A DNA stretch of 63,423 nucleotides, the filler included, from Guillardia theta CCMP2712 (taxonomy: Eukaryota; Protista; Cryptophyta), in NCBI RefSeq assembly GCF_000315625.1. It is 5 parts of 5 records of this genome, joined end to end, with 100 filler letters (N's around TTAATTAATTAA, not from the genome) between each part and the next. Parts side by side here need not be neighbours in the genome. Positions count along the whole stretch, not along the records: positions 39,761 to 56,392 come from NW_005434653.1; positions 56,493 to 61,086 come from NW_005434165.1; 3 more parts are not named here. One strand, 5' to 3'. The position numbers were made by a program, and so were the translations under genes. Position 1 is the stretch's first letter. Each line of letters opens with the position of its first letter. Below, piece after piece: positions 44,640-57,669 of this stretch. The notes beneath the pieces are model-generated. The model was given only the letters and a program-made list of their open reading frames with translations. It was not told the DNA's origin and did not search any database.

Positions 44640-47144
44640 GAAGTTCAATCACTGAACCTGAAAATACAGGTGTGAATGAATCCGAGACGGGATTGCCGAC
44701 TCCTGAGACTTCAACTCCGGCGAACACAACAAAGCACATGATCCCCTTTGCCCGTGGCGTTCTGCTGGCATCATGATGAGGCCATGAAGCCTGAGTGGAT
44801 TGCCAGCTCCATGTTTGGAGTATGTGCCAGGCATGAAGAACGAATCTGTCATAGCAAGAAATGCACCATGAAATCCTGAATTGTTCCTACCTGAGCAATG
44901 TGGTGTCCTGATAACAGGGACATCGGCAATAACAATGTCGTCAGAACGAGGAATCCCATTCAGACAGGCATCTTGGGGACTCCTTCGTCCAATTCGACAG
45001 ACAGTCAAGACAGTTCGGTCACAGATCCCAGAGTATTTCGGCAGGGAAGCTCAGTTTGTATTTTTGAGCTTTTCCCAGAAGGTATTAAGCTTTCTTTACT
45101 GCGAAACTGACATCTCAATGTGTAGAGTATATGAACTCTGTCATTGTAAACCTGGAAGTGTTTGCAAGAAACTGTCCTGTTGGGAGCCCAGCGTCGTCAT
45201 CCATCATAGGACTCAAGTACGGCGCTCTTGAACGAGGCGTACTTCCAACAAAAAAATCAGCGGCAGACAAGGTAGAAGCTCCTCCTGCATGCTGTGATGC
45301 AGCAATCATAATTACAGCAGAGGGAGGCTGGAGGGGCTGGCAACAGGTTCCAGCATCAAGTGCAACTGCGAATGCGTCAAGAGGGAGCAGAAAACATCAG
45401 GTTTGCTTGTTACCATCGAATGCCCTCTGACACGATTGTCTTAGCGTGAAGTTTTTCAAGACTGGGAGGCTGCAAACGGCTGGATGTAAGACTCGGGCTA
45501 TGTCTGTGGCAGCTGTTTTGGTATGAGTGCTCGCTTTGACTTGATTTTTGTTTTACTGCTTTGCTTTAAGGATGTGGCAGAGGCCATTGCCATGATGTCA
45601 AACAAAGACCCGCCGCTCTTGGTAAAATGATGGTTGCACTCTAGTCCTCATAGTCATTTTAATGACAGCTTGTGTCCAACTGTGAGCGTTCAGTTGCTCT
45701 TGAGTTGGCGCGACTGGCACCAACTAGTGTAAGGGTGGTAAAGGAATGCATCCTAGGGTCATTCAATAGTGGGTTCGGAGGGCAATTTGGGAGCATCATC
45801 GACATGAATAGTCTTTTTGCGCTCTTGAAGACAGGAATGTTTTCAGATATCATCGAGAGGGTCAAGTTCAACGATGAACCGGGCAGTCATGAGGCCAAGT
45901 TCAAGCAGCTTGGCTTGTACTTGAAGCGTGCTTGTCTGAGAAATGCAGACTCAGACGTCTTTGTAAACATATTTTCTTCTGGAAAGTGTACAATTACAGC
46001 TGCAACAACCATGGAGCTTGCAAATGAAGTGATGAACAAAGTTTCAGATATTCTCTGCAACCATTACGATAAGATTGTGTTTCGGCCCAAGAAGGAAATG
46101 GATCCTCTGTTTGCTCGAGCCAAAGGAAACTCAAAGTCATCCCATGAGGTGCACAAGGTCAGCTTGGCTGAGGAATCCTTGCACACGAGTACGTTCTGTC
46201 TTGCTGCTGTTTTGGTATGACGCATCCGTTCGTGCAGTTGGAAAGTCAAGTCATCCGTTTCTATCGTTCGCGGAGCATCAAGATATTCGTGTTCAAGAGC
46301 CCTCGAGCAGGATTTCTCCTCATCAAGTACAGGTGGCCGTTTCACATCCTGTAACCATCTCTGAAGGTTTTGAATTTCAGCAGCCGCTGCAATCCTTTTT
46401 GCAGCAACAGACGTTCTCAAGCTCAACAGACAACTTGGCAATACAGCTGGCGTTGAGGAATGTCATCCAGGGAAGGTCGTTACCGATGGGTGTCCCGTCG
46501 TTGTCCGTGCAGGTGAGGAGCTAGCATCTCCTCCACTCCCTTGGTGTGTGACGGGCATGCAGGGCGACAGCTGGGACAGCAACTTCCTACCCAACTTGCA
46601 ACAGCCATATGCAAACATGGTAGCGGGGATGAATGTTCGTCGCCCTCCCGTGCTGACGAGCATGTCCAGTATGGAGGCCTTGGGTTGCAATACCCGCAAC
46701 TCTCGATGGACCCGAACCCTGGCATGCAGGCGATGCAGTCCCTCCTCCATCCTCTCCCTCAGCGAGGTACCCCTGTCGGTAACCTCATGGACGCTATGAG
46801 GGCAGCCAACATGCCCCGGATGCCCTTCGTCCCTGCCATGTCGTCCATGGTGAGCCCACGTCACGCGATCTGTTTGTCACTCTCCCTGGCAGGGGCTGAA
46901 CCTGATTACTGCCACGTCACAAGCTCAGACGTTGGGCAATCAGGGCTGGTGCATGGACGATCGCTTCTCTGCTGGATACTTGGTGACTTGCTCTTATGCT
47001 CAGCTCTATCTCATTATCTTTGTGCCAGGGGTCGATGGAAGAGCCGCTACCAGTCACGGGAAGGCGGCGGTTGCCAGACGAAGATGTTACTTGGAACGAT
47101 GTGAATAGTGTACAAAGCAAAAAACCCAGGATAGAAGAACCTTG
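44640..47144 (+). CDS. Divergent TATA-binding-protein-fold gene with short introns; boundaries approximate
   Basis: Exons VIVNLEVFA...IIGLKYGALERG, SVKFFKTGRLQTAGCKT, and ILGSFNSGF...IIDMNSL...VFVNIFSSGKCTITAATTMELANEVM give two TBP-like repeats. Introns of ~45-50 nt, e.g. 45082-45125. Confidence 0.6.
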
Positions 47145-47406
47145 ATACATGTTCAACAAATGAATCTTCAAGTTAAATCGTAGAATATCACGCATTTCTA
47201 TCCTCAGGCTCCCACTTTCAAGTTCTCCTTGAAGCCATACTTTCTAAGTTATGTCATACTGAATGTTTGGAACTAGCCTTGCCCCCGGTCCTGGGCCCGC
47301 GGCCCTGCGCGTGCAGGCCGGGTAGGACACCTTCCTGATAACTTCCTACTTTCCTCACACGTTTGTTGAAAATTTGTCAATTTTTGGTCTGTTGGGCCGG
47401 GGGGGG

Positions 47407-50400
47407 ATGGCGGGGATGGCGGCGGCAGTGAAGGCAGCGAGGGTGGGGCGAACAGAGCGAGTGAGGGAGGCGATCATGGCAGGCGAGGCAACAGTGGACG
47501 ACATGGATGCTAAGGGCGACTCGCTCCTACACCATGCCGCCTCCCAAGGGCATAAAGGCACCGTCAAGGAGCTGCTCCGACTGAGAGCAGACCCGCGGGC
47601 TGTGAACTTCGCGGGCAAGACAGCCTATGATGTGGCGCACGACTACAACTACTGGGAGCTCGGGGACTACCTCCGTAGCAAGGTCGGGCTGCCAGGCCTC
47701 GGACCTCGAGCATGGAAGGGGGAGCCCGGACTGAAGTCGCTGGGGGATAACCCCGACGACGCATCCATCGCTCAGTTCATGGAGAAGAAGGAGAGAGAAG
47801 GGCTGCTGGCGAGGAACGTGGAGATGTTGTCCTCCTTAGACTTCGACGTGCTCAACGAGGCTCTCGCGGCCGCACAAAAGCCAGGATACCTGACATCGGA
47901 CGAGGGGAAGGAAGCTCTGGAGAAGTTACAAGAGGTCAGGAGGAAGTTTGGGGATGTAGACCGAGTGAAGATCTTGGAGGAGAGCCTGGAGGTTCTGTGG
48001 AGGCGAACTTCGGTGCTGAGGCCGTCAGAGGACGACTACTTCTTGCAAGCCAACTCGAAGTTCAGAGGCGACAAGAAGAACATGAAGAGCAGGTTGCAGG
48101 AAGAGGTCGAGGAGCTCAAGGCTCGGTTAGAGTCTGCAGATGTGGAGGACCTGCTAAGGGAGAACAAGAGACTGACGTCCGACCTCTCCTCCCTCCAGTC
48201 AAGGTGCGACGAGCTGCTGTCCGCGCTCGGAGCTGAGAAGAAGAAGCATGACAACCTGGCCGGGGTCGTGAGGTCACAGGCAGAGGAGCTGAAGGAGATG
48301 GAGCTGAAGGTGCGGAAAGCGATCAACGCGCAAGAGGGAAGCAGAGAGCAGGAGGAGTTGGAGCTCAGCAGTGCGGACGTTGAGTCTCTCTTCGCCTCCT
48401 CCATCACCAAGAAGGAGCTGGCGGAGCTGCACGGGAAGGCGCTGGAGCATGGCGGGCTCGAGCCGAAGCAGAGCATCCTCCGCTTCCTCTCGGAGCTCCT
48501 CGCGCTCTTTGACAAGAAGATGGAGCAGCTGAAGGGTCAGCTGGAGTCTTCGGCGGGGAAACAGAGTGAGCTGATCGCCAAGTTGGATGACGTATCGCAG
48601 CTCAACATGCAGCGAGAGGCCCAGCAGAACGCCAAGATCAGGCAGCTGGAGGCTCAGTTGGCGTCGCAACCGGTGTCGCAGCTGGGACCCTCCAGATCTG
48701 AGCTCGAGAGCATGCAGGAGGAGTACGAGAGTCAGCTGGACCAGCTGACGAAGGAGAAGGCGAAGATGCTGTCTGACTTCGGGGTGGAGCTGAAGGAGGC
48801 AGTGGAGAAGGAGAGGGAGCGTGCTCGGGGCGAGCTGGAAGATGCGATGAAGGAGATGGAGGAGGAGAGGAGGGTGCTAAAGCAGAAGTCTGCTGAACTC
48901 TCCTCAGTCATTGATGTCCTCCAGTCTGAGCTGCAGGAGGCCAACGAGAGGACGCGGACGGGGCAGCTGGAGCTCAAGAGCCTTGGGGAGAAACACCGCA
49001 GCCTGCTGGTGCAGTACCAGAAGTCCTCCTCCTCCTCCCTGTGGAAGGCGATCGGAGAGTTCAGGTCAAACATGCTGAAAGCGAGGAAGGAGATGGCGGA
49101 GACAAAGTGGGCCCTGGAGGAAGGGATGAAGCAGGTGCAGCAGGACTTCAAGAGGTTGTTCAACGATTTCTCCCTCTTCGTCGACTTCCTCACTTCTCCC
49201 TCCTCCTCCTCCTCCTCCTCCTCCTCCTCCTCCTCATCGACATTACAGCTCTCCTCTCTCTCCAACATGTCGCGTGCGGGCCTCGTCTCAGCTGTCCGCC
49301 ACCTCCTCCTCAAGTACCACCAGACTGACCTCACCCGACGTCGCCTCAACTCGAAGCTGCAGGACAGCCAAGGGAACTTCCGCGTGCTCTTGCGCTGTGC
49401 TCCCCCTAGGGGAGAGGAGGGAGACTTGAAGGAGGACGCAAAGGTACTCGTGCATGTCAAGAGCAGCAGCCTGGTGAGCACGTGGGACAAGCGCGGGCAG
49501 AAGAATTTCTTCTTCGACGTCGCTCACGGCCCCAAGGCGACGCAGGAGGAGGTCTACGACAGCCTGCGTGACCTTCTTTCCTCCGTCATTGACGGCACCA
49601 GCGTCTCCCTCCTCGCCTACGGCCTCCGGCAGAGCGGCAAGACGCACACGTTGTTCGGCACGCTGCGGCTGGACTCGAGGGCTCGAGGAGTGGCGGTGAG
49701 GTACATGGAGGAGGCGATGAAAGACATGAAGGAACGCGCGTCCCTCCTGAAGTCCAAGATGCTCCTCAGCGCCTTCGAGCTCCGGGAGGACAAGGTAGTC
49801 GATCTCCTCCCTCCTCCTCCTCCTCAGGACCCTCCCGTTCCTCGCTCCGGCAGCCTCCTCGACGGCCTCTCCGAGCATGCGGTCGACAGCGCCTCCAAGG
49901 CTGTTGCCGTGCTCAGTTTGGCTCTGGGGGCCTTGCGTGACAAGGGCGACAGGGGGGGCAGCAGCAGCTTCTCCTCTGTCTTTGTCCGCGTCACCATCTC
50001 ATCCCAGGACAAGATCTCCCGCAAAGTCACCAAAGGTAAAGCCTCCTTCCCCTGCTCCTGCCCCTGCTCCTGCCTTTGCTCCCTGCTCCCTGCTCCCTGC
50101 TCCCTGCTCCCTGCTCCCTGCTCCCTGCCCCTCTGCTTTTCATGCTTCTTGTCCACCCCGTCTCCCTGCTTCTGCTGTATTCTAACCGCCTCTCCGACTT
50201 GCTGGCAGGCTCGCTCTTGCTCGCCGACCTTGTCGGTTGTGATGTCGGAGGAGGACAGGAAACTTCTGCGGACAAGAAATTGATCAAGTCAGCACAGAAA
50301 TCTATCACGTGCTTAGAGGAGGTATGTTCCTGCTCCTGCTCCTGCTCCTGTTCCTGCTCCTTCCCCATCCCGGTTGTCCTCAAGTTGAGCACAGGTACTG

Positions 50401-51541
50401 GATGCTCTTGCCAACAAGACGTCTAACACGCATGTTCCCTTCCGCTCGCATGCTCTTACCAAGGTCCCTTTCCCCTCTCCCTCGGAATCTGACAGGAAGC
50501 AGATCTTAGCAGAGTCTCTTCTCTCCTCTCGCCCTGCCGACCAGCAGGTCAAGTCCAAGGAAGTCAAGCAGGACCCCTCGCGACCATCCGCAGCGAGCAG
50601 AGTAGCGATGATTGTCACGCTTCCTTCAACCACGGTGTGTTGCCCTCGTCCTCGTCCTCGTCCCCGTCCCCGTCCCCGTCCTCCTCCTCCTCCTCCTCCT
50701 CCTCCTCCTCCTCCTCCTCCTCCTTCCATTCCTCCTCCTCCTCTTCCCTCGCATCTTCTCTCCCAGCTTGATTCTCCCAGCAGACTTCCGCTGCCTTTCG
50801 TCCTCTGCGAGTTTCTCAGGTTCGGCTCTCGAGGCATCTGAGGTTTGTGACCCTCCCTCCCAGCTCTGCCGCTCCATCTCGAGCCCCCAACTGAGCTACC
50901 AGCTGGACTTTGAACCTGAAAAAGAGTCACAACACAGCAGTGTCGCCCAGCAGAGCTCGCCAGCCACTCCCGCTGCGGAGGATTCAGGGAAGGAGAAGGA
51001 GGAGCGCGAGGAAACGAGGGAAGCGAAGGGGACGAAGATCGAGCAGGGGTTTGAGAAGAAAGAGAAGGCTTGGGAAGAAGATCGGGGGGGGGCAGGAGGA
51101 GGAGGGAGTGCGGAGCTGCAGGAGCTCAGGGAAGAGCAGGCAAGGTGGTCAGATTTTTCGCAGAAGCTGAGAAAGCTGCTGGTAAGCTCGCAGCTAGTTG
51201 GGGGGAGGAGCTGAGCAAAAGCGCAGGGGCTGGGGGAGGGTCGAGGAAGTTCGCAGGGGCTGCTGCTGGTGGTGAGGAAGGAGCTTGAGGGGAGGGACGT
51301 CAAGATCCGGTGAGGAGCGGCGGGAGACGCTGTAGATGACGCTCGCGCAGGCAACAAGAGGAAATTATCCAGAGACTGGAAGGTGAAGATGATGGAAGGA
51401 GCGGTTGGGAGGAAGTAGAGCGAGAATACAGCACGAGGGGAAGAGGAGAAGCTGGAGAGAAGAAGGAAGGGAGACGACGAGGACGGGGACGAGGACGGGG
51501 ACGAGGACGGGGACGAGGACGGGGACGAGGACGGGGACGAG

Positions 51542-51575
<34 letters not shown>

Positions 51576-51830
51576 AGGACGGGGACAGGAAGGTGGTGGA
51601 TGGAAGCTGAGATTTGACTTTGTTGCAGCATTTCGCTCAGTGTCGGAGAATGAAACTTCGCTGATCTCGGAAGTAAAGTCTCGGTGAGGATTGAGACTTT
51701 CTCTCCCTCCCCGCGTTTTCTTCCTGATCCTCGAGGCTGATGTGCTGCAGGATCAGCGGCAAGATCGCTTCCTTGGAGTCGCGAGCGAAGCCGACAGCAT
51801 GGGATGTGCAGCGGGAGAACAGAGACACGA
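47407..51830 (+). CDS. Ankyrin-repeat + long coiled-coil + degenerate kinesin-14-like motor protein, multi-exon; 3' end approximate
   Basis: Ankyrin DAKGDSLLHHAASQGHKGTVKELLRLRADPRAVNFAGKTAYDVA; neck/motor RRRLNSKLQDSQGNFRVLLR, FFFDVAHGPKATQEEVY, IDGTSVSLLAYGLRQSGKTHTLFG, GSLLLADLVGCD, KSITCLEEV. Confidence 0.85.
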
Positions 51831-52013
51831 GAGGGTAGGAAGCGGGAGTAGCTGGAGTAGGGGAGGAACGAGGGAGGGGGATGGAGAGGAGGAGATGGTA
51901 GTGGAGAAGGAGGAGGAAGAAGATGGGGAGGGGAAGTGAGTGGAAAAGGAGGATGGGAAGTTCCTGGTGGTGCTGCTGCTGCTAGTTGGGGGATACTGAC
52001 GGGAGGGCAGGGA

Positions 52014-55000
52014 GGAGAGGCCCAGGTCTTCGTCGCTTCCTCCTCTCGTCGCCAGCATACTGAGGCGAGACCGTCGACCTCCTCCAGCTGTGCTCCAGGC
52101 GGACGTCGCTGACAGATATCTACCGCGGCTGGAAGGGCGGGGGAGGTGGTGAAGGTCGTGTATTTTGTAGGTCTATTAAAGGTTTATCTACTCATGCCCA
52201 GACCTTGACACTCCCGTCCCAACCTGCCGCTCCTTCACTCGCTTCCCCCCCCTCCTCCCCATCATCGACTTACCTGAAGAGAGGATGCGACTGCCATGCC
52301 GGGACCTGATGGGCGTCAGCTGGGCTCTCATAGTCGATGATCTCACCTGAGGAAGGCGAGCTGAGAAACCGTGTCGTCGTGCTCCTCTGCTGGAGGCGCG
52401 AGAGCTCCTCGTGCTCCCCAGCTGAGACCGTCTCGAGCGTCTGAGCCTGATCAGGTTGTCAGGAGGAGGAGGAGGAGGAGGAGCAGCAGCAGCAGCAGAA
52501 AAGGAGGAGGAGGAGGAGGAGAAGGAATGATGGTAGAGACGAACCGGCAAAGGGAGCTCGGACTTTCAGCCCGACATTCCCAGCTGAAGTGCTTGGGATC
52601 CGACGTTCTACGATATGCCGCACCTGAGGACGAGGTCAGCACCTTGTCCAGCAGGATGTCAAACTCACCTCCCCTCCTGCTCCACGTATGGTCTCGCTGC
52701 TGTATACCGATGTCTCCCCCTGCACCAGTCAGCTCCTTCACCCTCTTCTCCTCTCCCTCCTCCTTGTCTCCTCCTCGCAAACCTCCAACCCCACTCATAC
52801 TATACCTCCTCCCCTGCCCTCCCCACTTTCCATATATCCTGCTATACCTCCTTGTGTCGTTCTCCCACGTTACCTCTCCTCCTCCCATGCCNNNNNNNNN
52901 NNNNNNNNNNNNNNNNNNNNNNNNNNNNNNNNNNNNNNNNNNNNNNNNNNNNNNNNNNNNNNNNNNNNNNNNNNNNNNNNNNNNNNNNNNNCTGAAGGAG
53001 CGATCCGGGACGCAAGCAGATCCCACAGACGAATTCTTCCTATCCCACCCTTGAACTTGGACCTCAGCCACCTCCTCCCCTCCCCCTCCCCCCCTCCCGC
53101 GTTGCCCCTGCCTCCCCTTCCCCTCCCCTCAACCTCCTCTCTCCCCCTCTTCATTCCCTCCTCTCTCCTCCCTCCCTGGCCTCTCCTCTTTCCCTCCTCT
53201 CCCCTCTCCCCTTCCGCACTTCAACGCACCCTCCAGACAGCAAGTAGGATCCATCAGGGGAGGACAGCACAGCTCGCACGCCCTTCACGGCAGTCAGCGA
53301 CAGCCTCAAGGAAGCCAAGGCAGGGCAGCGCTCGGATCAGAGAATGCACGAGGACGAGGACCAAGACGACGAGGACGAGGACAAGAAGGAGGAGGAGGAG
53401 GAAGGAGGAAGAGGAGAAGTGGAGGAAGAGGAAACAAGGGATGAGAAGGCAGCAGAGGGGGGAGGGCGCAAGTTGAACCTCTTCTGGTAGCGAGAGATCG
53501 TCAAGTTCCCGCAGACCGAAGTCATCGCTGGGTTCCGAACCCTGGTGAAGAGAATCAGCCAAGAGAGGGATGAGGAGGAGGAACAGGAGGAGAAGCAGGA
53601 GGAGGACGAGGACGAGGAGGACGAGGACGAGGACGAGGAGCAGGAGGAGGACGAGGACGAGGAGGAGGATGAGGAGAACGAGGACGAGGACGAGGACGAG
53701 GAGGATCAGGTGGGAGCCAAGTCGCTACATGACACACGGGGAGGAAGAGGTTAAGGGGAGGAGGAGGAGGAGAATCATGAGGAGGATAAAGCATGAGTTC
53801 GAGGAGGGAGGAAGGTGGGAGACAAAGGAAGATGTCACCTGTAGCCCCATCCTACATGTCACGTTGCTCATATCTGAGAGGTATCCTCTCAACGTCGCTG
53901 ACAAGTGCGTGACACAAGTCGCTCTGCTGACGTCCCAGATTGACATCTGACTCCTTCGTCACTTGGGGTGGACTGCCAGATGGACTTTACCTGGTTCCTC
54001 CCTCCAGCTGAGACGATGTGGGGACCACCAGAGCTCTGCGTCACAAGAGTGAATATAAACCTCGCCTCCTCCTCCTCCTCCTCCTCCTGCTTCTTCTCCT
54101 CCTCCTCCTCTTTCTCCTCCTCCTCCTCCTCCTCCTCCTCCTCCTCCTCCTCCAACCCAGGCTGCATTCAGCTTCTGGTACTGCGCGACCGTGTGGATCT
54201 CTCCCTGAAATGGCATGAGCAGGATAACAAAGAAAGCTGTAGGGGCTGCAAGAGGAGAGGAGAGAGGAGAGGAGAGGAGAGGTGGGGGGAGGAGAGGAGA
54301 GGAGAGGAGAGGAGAGGTGGGGGGAGGAGAGGAGAGGAGAGGAGAGGTTGGGGGAAGAGAGGAGAGAACCTGACACGGATGTCTCCACCACTGCACGTCC
54401 AGCTGGAATCGCATGTCGTACACGAGGAGGTAGCTGAGAGAAGTCAGCAGGAGGAGAGCAAGGGGGTAGAGCCAGGGAGTTGAGTGACAGGAAGTAGAGG
54501 GGATGGAAGGACGAAGAGACAGGAAGTAGAGGGGAGGAGAGGGAGGAGGAGGAATCGGGAGGAGGGGGAGAGTTGAAGTAGAGAAAGGAAGTAGAGGGAG
54601 GGTGGGGTTGGGGGACCGAGAATCATTCTTCTCACCCTCTAGACGTTCCAACCACAAACCAGTTGCTGTCGTTGCCGAGACTCATGCACACCTGAAACAC
54701 CTCAGGATCCTCGTCCTCCTCGTCCCCGCTCTCCCTCTCCCCCTCGTCCTCCTTCTCCTCCTCTTCTTTCTCCTCCTCCATCTCTTTTGCTGTGCCATTC
54801 TTCCTTCTACCTCGTCCACTCTGACGGCTGATCTGCCTCCTACAGACACTGTCTGTGTTTCTCCCCTTCCACTTCCTCCTCGTCTCTCACCGGGACGCCT
54901 CTCCTCGGAGGGATTTCGATGCTCCAGGCGCGATCCTGCCGGAGGTTGAGACAAAGGAAACCAGAGGAGCAAGAGGAAGAGCAGCAGGAGACTAGCAGGC

Positions 55001-55240
55001 GTGTGTAGGATAGAAGGGAAGAAAGGGGGAGCAGGAGGAGCAGGAGGAGCAGGAGGAGCAGGAGGAGGAGAAGCAAGATGGAGGAGGGAGAAGGGAGGGA
55101 GGGAGCAAGGAGGAGCAGGGAGGCAACAGGAACGAAGGAGTGGAAGGAGGAGGGAGGGAGGAAGGAGGACAGAGGAAGGTGCGAGGGGTGAAGGAGGAGT
55201 TCACATTGCAGCGGAAGTCATGCGCATGGATTGCTCCTTC
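52014..55240 (-). CDS. Uncharacterised multi-exon gene (structure unresolved)
   Basis: Non-repetitive coding-like islands (e.g. EFDILLDKVLTSSSGAAYRRTSDPKHFSWEC, GSEPSDDFGLRELDDLSLPEEV) separated by simple-repeat introns in minus orientation; no family recognised. Confidence 0.35.
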
Positions 55241-55584
55241 NNNNNNNNNNNNNNNNNNNNNNNNNNNNNNNNNNNNNNNNNNNNNNNNNNNNNNNNNNNN
55301 NNNNNNNNNNNNNNNNNNNNNNNNNNNNNNNNNNNNNNNNGCGCGGTATTTCAGCCGCCCCAGTATTCAGCAGGCGCCGGTGATTCAGCAGGCCAGGTGA
55401 TTCAGCAGCGCCGGCAGCTTGGTCAGAAGGCTAGGTCGCGTAGGGGCCAACGTCATCTGGAGACAGAGGGAGCTCGAGTGGATTATCTCCCAGATCTGCC
55501 CCGATGCAAATCATACAGCAGATCGAGCTTGCAGAGAGAGCAAAGCGATGGCGGGAGCCTCCTGCATTTGATCTTCTGCGCAGT

Positions 55585-56021
55585 CTGCTGCTTCTCCCCC
55601 TTGATCACCATCGACTTCTCGTCCTCCTGCCCTTAGCTCTCCAGCTTCTCCTGCTTCTCTGGCCGAACATGAGGACCCAACTTGATCCATTGCCCAGGAT
55701 CCATGTCGTCAGAGTAGACGCTCAGATGGCGGGAGGAGGAGCATTCGTTACCTTGCGACAGTGTGCAAGAGCGAGAACTGATTTTTCATGCGAGTAGTCA
55801 AACGTCGTCAAAGTCGTTGTGCCCGTAAAATTTCTTCCCGTATCCTGCCCCCCTCCTGCTCCTGCTCCTCCTCCTGCCATCTGAGCGTCTACTCTGACGA
55901 CATGGATCCTGGGCAATGGATCAAGTTGGGTCCTCATGTTCGGCCAGAGAAGCAGGAGAAGCTGGAGAGCTAAGGGCAGGAGGAAGAGAAGTCGATGGTG
56001 ATCAAGGGGGAGCAGCAGCAG
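55585..56021. repeat. ~158-bp near-perfect inverted duplication with ~120-bp spacer
   Basis: 55585-55743 is the reverse complement of 55863-56021 with few mismatches. Confidence 0.9.
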
Positions 56022-56083
56022 CAGCAGCAGCAAGAGCGAAATGCAGGAGGAGCAGGAGGAGCAGGAGGAGCAGGAGGAGCAGG

Positions 56084-56139
<56 letters not shown>

Positions 56140-56392
56140 CAGGAGCAGGAGAAGGAGCAGGAGCAGGAGGAGTACCTGCCATCATGGGAAGCAGCAGCAA
56201 CTGACATGCTGCCTTCGCAGGAGGTGAGCGCCTGGACTCGACCAGCAAGGGCGGAGTAGGTGAGCTGAGGGAGGGCAAGGGACGCGTCTCGAGAGAAGCA
56301 CGCTCCCGCGTCCCATACGCGGATGACGCCGTCCTCTGCTCGAGAAGTGAGCGACGTGAGATGGAGATCAACTGACGGAGGAGGAGGAGGAG

Positions 56393-56492
56393 NNNNNNNN
56401 NNNNNNNNNNNNNNNNNNNNNNNNNNNNNNNNNNNNTTAATTAATTAANNNNNNNNNNNNNNNNNNNNNNNNNNNNNNNNNNNNNNNNNNNN
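56393..56492. other. Artificial scaffold linker
   Basis: N44-TTAATTAATTAA-N44. Confidence 0.95.
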
Positions 56493-57669
56493 CTTGTCTC
56501 GGTCACGTGATGTGTCACGTGACCGGTCAGGTGAGCCTGTCAGCCGGGTCACGGCCCCTGTCAGCCGGCTGACATGTCACGGGCCTGCTGACACGGTCCG
56601 CTGACCGGTCACGGCCGCCCGGAGAGATCAGGCCCCCGGCCAATCTCCGGACACTTAGCCTCCTGGCGGGCCTCCAGGGGGTCTGAGGCGGGGCTGAAGG
56701 CTGCAGTCGCTCTACTGACGGGCCCGGCCGGCAGGATCCGTCGAGAAACAGGGGGGTCAAGGGAGGTTTTCTTCCCCCTGGGAGAAATGTCCTATGGGTT
56801 TTTGGATCTGCGATATAAAAAAGTCTTGTCTCGGTCACGTGATGTGTCACGTGACCGGTCAGGTGAGCCTGTCAGCCGGGTCACGGCCCCTGTCAGCCGG
56901 CTGACATGTCACGGGCCTGCTGACACGGTCCGCTGACCGGTCACGGCCGCCCGGAGAGATCAGGCCCCCGGCCAATCTCCGGACACTTAGCCTCCTGGCG
57001 GGCNNNNNNNNNNNNNNNNNNNNNNNNNNNNNNNNNNNNNNNNNNNNNNNNNNNNNNNNNNNNNNNNNNNNNNNNNNNNNNNNNNNNNNNNNNNNNNNNN
57101 NNNGGCGGGGCTGAAGGCTGCAGTCGCTCTACTGACGGGCCCGGCCGGCAGGATCCGTCGAGAAACAGGGGGGTCAAGGGAGGTTTTCTTCCCCCTGGGA
57201 GAAATGTCCTATGGGTTTTTGGATCTGCGATATAAAAAAGTCTTGTCTCGGTCACGTGATGTGTCACGTGACCGGTCAGGTGAGCCTGTCAGCCGGGTCA
57301 CGGCCCCTGTCAGCCGGCTGACATGTCACGGGCCTGCTGACACGGTCCGCTGACCGGTCACGGCCGCCCGGAGAGATCAGGCCCCCGGCCAATCTCCGGA
57401 CACTTAGCCTCCTGGCGGGCCTCCAGGGGGTCTGAGGCGGGGCTGAAGGCTGCAGTCGGTCTACTGACGGGCCCGGCCGGCAGGATCCGTCGAGAAACAG
57501 GGGGGTCAAGGGAGGTTTTCTTCCCCCTGGGAGAAATGTCCTATGGGTTTTTGGATCTGCGATATAAAAAAGTCTTGTCTCGGTCACGTGATGTGTCACG
57601 TGACCGGTCAGGTGAGCCTGTCAGCCGGGTCACGGCCCCTGTCAGCCGGCTGACATGTCACGGGCCTGC
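56493..57669. repeat. 332-bp GC-rich satellite, at least 3 copies
   Basis: Unit starts CTTGTCTCGGTCACGTGA at 56493, 56825, 57242 and 57574; period 332 on each side of the gap. Confidence 0.95.
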
